Source of the DNA: Mobula hypostoma
Lineage: Eukaryota
Assembly: GCF_963921235.1 (NCBI RefSeq)
Contig: NC_086100.1
Location: 199,394,001-199,458,000 of the forward strand
Direction: 5' to 3'
DNA: 64,000 nucleotides
Notes under the pieces: model-generated
What the model was told of the DNA's origin: nothing
Seen by the model: only the letters and a program-made list of their open reading frames with translations
Database searches by the model: none
Program-made: the position numbers and the translations under genes
Shown here: positions 60,158 to 64,000 of the stretch, piece after piece
How positions within the stretch are numbered: position 1 is the stretch's first letter
How the letters are laid out: each line of letters opens with the position of its first letter

Positions 60158-62073
60158 CTGAGAGACAGCGTAGGGTAGACGGGGAGAAAAGATGAGATAC
60201 GAAGGTAAGCTAGCCAAGAATATAAAAGGAGGATAGTAAAAGCTTCTTTAGGTACGTGAAGCGGAAAAAATTAGTTAAGATCAAAGTTGAGCCCTTGAAG
60301 ACAGAAATGGGTGAATTTATTATGGGGAACAAGGAAATGGCAGACGAGTTGAACGGGTACTTTGGATCTGTTTTCACTAGGGAAGACACAAACAATCTCC
60401 CAGTGGCCGGAAGACCTAGGGTAACGGAGGAACTGAAAGAGATTCACATTAGACAGAAAGTGGTGTTGGATAGACTGATGGGATTGAAGGCTGATAAATC
60501 CCCAGGGCCTGATGGTCTGCACCCCGGGGTACTTAAGGAGGTGGCTCTGGAAATCGTGGACTCATTGGTAATTATTTTCCAATGATCTATAGATTCAGGA
60601 TCAGTTCCTGAGGACTAGAGGGTAGCTAATGTTATCTCACTTTTTAAGAAAGGAGGGAGAGAGAAAACAGGGAATTATAGACCAGTTAGCCTGACATCAG
60701 TGGTGGGGAAGATGCTGAAGTCAATTATAAAGGATGAAATAACAACACATTTGGATGGCAGTAACAGGATCGGTCCGAGTCAGCATGGATTTACGAAGGG
60801 GTAATCATGCTTGACTAATCTTCTGGAATTTTTTGAGGATGTAACTATGAAAATGGACAAGGGGGAGCCAGTGGATGTAGTGTACCTGGACTTTCAGAAA
60901 GCCTTTGTTAAGGTCCCATATAGGAGATTAGTGGGCAAAATTAGAGCACATGGTATTGGGGGTAGAGTACTGACATGGATAGAAAATTGGTTGGCAGACA
61001 GGAAACAAAGAGTAGGGATTAATGGGTCCCTTTCAGAATGGCAGGCTGTGACTAGTGGGATACTGCAAGGCTTGGTGCTGGGACCGCAGCTATTTACAAT
61101 ATACATGAATGATTTGGATGAAAGGATTAAAAGTAACATTAGCAAATTTGCAGATGACACCAAGCTGGGTGGCACTGTGAAATGTGCAGAGGATGTTGAG
61201 ATAATGCAGGGTGACTTGGACAGGTTGAGTGAGTGGGCAGATGTATAGCAGATGCAATTTAATGTGGATAAATGTGAGGTTATCCACTTTGGTAGCAAGA
61301 ACAGGAAGGCAGATTACCATTTGAATGGTGTCAAATTAGGAAAAGGGGAAGTACAACGAGATCTTGGTGTACTTGTTCATCAGTCACTGAAAGTAAGTAT
61401 GCAGGTACAGCAGGCAGTGAAGAAAGCTAATGGCATGTTGGCCTTCATGACAATGGGAGTTGAGTATAGGAGCAAAGAGGTCCTTCTGCAGTTGTACAGG
61501 GCCCTGGTGAGACCACACCTGGAGTATTGTGTACAGTTTTGGTCTGCAAATTTGAATAAGGACATTTTTGCTATTCAGGGAGTGCAGCGTAGGTTCACGA
61601 GGTTAATTCCCAGGATGGCGGGAATGTCATATGTTGAAAGATTGGAGTGACTGGGCTTGTATACACTGGAATTTAGAAGGATGAGAGGGGATCTGGTTGA
61701 AACATATAAGATTATTAAGGGATTGGATACACTAGAGGCAGGAAAGATGTTCCCAATGCTGGGGGAGTCCAGAACCAGAGGCCACAATTTGAGAATAAGG
61801 GGTAGGCCATTTAGAACGGAGTTAAGGAAAAACTTTTTCACCCAGAGAGTTGTGGATCTGCGGAATGCTCTGCCTCAGAAGGCAGTGGAGGCCAATTCTC
61901 TGGATGCTTTCAAGAAAGAGTTAGATAGAGCTTTTAATGATAGCAGAGTCAAGGGATATGGGGAAAAGGCAGGAACGGGGTACTGATTGTGAATGATCAG
62001 CCATGATCACAGTGAATGGCGGTGCTGGCTCGAAGGGCTGAATGGCCTACTCCTGCACCTATTGTCTATTGTC
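60158..62073 (+). mobile_element. 5'-truncated CR1 nested in an opposite-strand CR1
   Basis: RT motifs KSPGPDG, DFQKAF, FADD, LVRPHLEYC; tail ctattgtctattgtc; TSD CATTACA (60151-60157, 62074-62080). Confidence 0.88.
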
Positions 62074-62673
62074 CATTACAATAACTCCAGCGCTATTTTC
62101 TTTTGGTCCTATATCTACCCTCAACTCTCTTTTACCTTTCATATACTTAAAAAAGCTTTTAGTATCTTCTTTGATATTAGTCGGCAGCTTCCTTCCATAA
62201 TTCATCTTTGCCTTCCTAATGACCTTCTTAGTTTCCTTCTGCAAGTTTTTAAAAGCTTCCCAATCCTCTATCTTCCTTGTATGCCCTCTCTTTTGCTTTT
62301 ACTTTGGCTCTGACTTCACTTGTCAGACACGATAGTGTCCTTCTTCCATTTGAAAATTTCTTCTTCTTTGGAATATATCTGTCTTGCACTTCCCTCATCT
62401 TTTGCAAAAACTCCAACCAGTGTTGCTCTGCTGTCCTTATTGCTAGTGTCCCTTTCCGGTCAACCTTGGCCAGTTCCCCTCTCATGCCATTTAATTTCCT
62501 TTATTCCATTGAAATACCGACACATTGGAATTTAGATTCTCTTTCTCAAATTTCAAAGTGAACTCGATTATATTGTAAACAACAGGAATTCTGCAGATGC
62601 TGGAAATTCAAGCAACATACGTCAAAGTTGCTGGTGAACGCAGCAGGCCAGGCAGCATCTCTAGGAAGAGGTG

Positions 62674-62715
62674 CAGTCGACGTTTCAGGCCGAGACCCTT
62701 CGTCAGGACTAACTG
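62674..62715 (-). ncRNA. minimal type I hammerhead ribozyme (inverted copy)
   Basis: Minus strand reads CAGUUAGUC-CUGACGA-AGGGUCUCGGCCU-GAAA-CGUC^GACUG. Confidence 0.8.
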
Positions 62716-63479
62716 AAGGAAGAGTGAGTAAGGGATTTGAAAGTTGGAGGGGGAGGGGGAGATCCAAAATGATAGGAGAAGACAGGAGTGGGAGGGATAG
62801 AGCCGAGAGCTGGACAGGTGATAGGCAAAAGGGGATACGAGAGGATCATGGGACAGGAGGTCCAGGAAGAAAGACAAGGGCGGGGGGTGACCCAGAGGAT
62901 GGGCAAGAGGTATATTCAGAGGGACAGAGGGAGAAAAAGGAGAGTGAGAGAAAGAATGTGTGCATAAAAATGAGTAACAGATGGGGTACGAGGGGGAGGT
63001 GGGGCCTTAGCAGAAGTTAGAGAAGTCGATGTTCATGCCATCAGGTTGGAGGCTACCCAGACGGAATATAAGGTGTTGTTCCTCCAACCTGAGTGTGGCC
63101 TGAGTGTGGTTGGAGGAACAACACCTTATATTCCGTCTGGGTAGCCTCCAACCTGATGGCATGAACATCGACTTCTCTAACTTCCGCTAAGGCCCCACCT
63201 CCCCCTCGTACCCCATGTGTTACTCATTTTTATGCACACATTCTTTCTCTCACTCTCCTTTTTCTCCCTCTGTCCCTCTGAATATACCTCTTGCCCATCC
63301 TCTGGGTCACCCCCCCCTTGTCTTTCTTCCCAGACCTCCTGTCCCATGATCCTCTCATATCCCCTTTTGCCTATCACCTGTCCAGCTCTCGGCTCTATCC
63401 CTCCCCCTCCTGTCTTCTCCTATCATTTTGGATCTCCCCCTCCCCCTCCAGCTTTCAAATCCCTTACTCACTCTTCCTT

Positions 63480-63521
63480 CAGTTAGTCCTGATGAAGGGT
63501 CTCGGCCTGAAACGTCGACTG
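63480..63521 (+). ncRNA. minimal type I hammerhead ribozyme (Penelope-type)
   Basis: AGUC-CUGAUGA-AGG(GUCUCGG)CCU-GAAA-C-GUC^GACU; stem I AGUC/GACU; predicted cleavage after 63516. Confidence 0.8.
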
Positions 63522-63732
63522 CACCTCTTCCCAGAGATGCTGCCTGGCCTGCTGCGTTCACCAGCAACTTTGATGTATGTTGCTCGATTATATTGTGATC
63601 ACTGTCCCCTAAGGGTTCCTTAACCTTATGCTCTCTTATCACCTCTGGATCATTGCACAACACCCAATCCAGCACAGCTGATCCCTTAGTGGGCTCAACA
63701 ACAAGCTGTTCTAAAAAGCCATCCCTGTGTAC

Positions 63733-64000
63733 ATACATCTATTGATGCTTCTGGACACATCTTCAGTGATGTTCCTGGAATCATCGGGTGTTTCGGGTCT
63801 TTCAACGTCATACAACCTCCTCCAGGTGACCCAGCCAGGGCTGATCAGACCCCAGCTTGTGTCCAGATGGCTAGCTACTTATGACTCCATGGCTCCCCTC
63901 TTTTGAGCCACAGCCATCTTGAGGCCCTCTCTGCCGCATCGGTGGTACTGCGGATGGCTCTCCTCTTCCTCTCTCCCTCGCTGCCCAAAATGCTGAAGGC
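63733..64000 (-). mobile_element. 3' end of an RLE-type (Hero-like) non-LTR retrotransposon
   Basis: Minus frame 64000-63875 reads AFSILGSEGERKRRAIRSTTDAAERASRWLWLKRGEPWSHK*, then a short 3' UTR containing gacccgaaacacccgatga and an ATGT-like tail. Confidence 0.65.

Larger units (their letters stand above)
62577..63582. mobile_element. Penelope-like element derivative with inverted (foldback) structure
   Basis: 14-bp TSD CTCGATTATATTGT (62563-62576, 63583-63596); inverted arms 62612-63089 and 63108-63583; each arm carries the GIY-YIG C-terminal peptide LEEQHLIFRLGSLQPDGMNIDFSNF and a hammerhead motif. Confidence 0.88.
58470..63725 (-). mobile_element. CR1 LINE split by a nested CR1 and a Penelope foldback
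   Basis: Collinear pieces: EN 63597-63725 (LDWVLCNDP, SDH), linker 62081-62562, RT 58733-60150, 3' tail near 58470. Confidence 0.85.

Overview
Eukaryotic, repeat-dominated vertebrate DNA. The CR1 subfamilies, HE1-like V-SINE and Penelope-derived elements suggest a cartilaginous fish, probably a ray (inference). The only host gene I can support is a minus-strand SDR of the RDH11/12/13/DHRS13 type. Five coding exons were traced with GT-AG sites and consistent phases (49273-49034, 44054-43965, 43030-42845, 39971-39862, 38573-38370); the first coding exon(s) were not found and probably lie beyond 64000. The rest is nested mobile DNA: many CR1 LINEs (two near full length), a young 5'-truncated L1 with intact ORF2 and a 16-bp TSD, an internally deleted RTE, Rex1/Babar fragments, a Hero-like RLE element end, a Charlie-type hAT derivative, two solo LTRs, and Penelope-like elements with minimal hammerhead ribozymes (one a ~1-kb foldback). 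There is also a decayed retrovirus-like element with two RNase H domains (lokiretrovirus-like). Tandem DNA comprises 34-bp and 44-bp minisatellites and an ~8.3-kb almost pure-purine GA tract, whose giant ORFs are artefacts. I cannot demonstrate a wholly new system; the best leads are the dual-RNase H provirus, the foldback double-hammerhead element and the RSS-like minisatellite.
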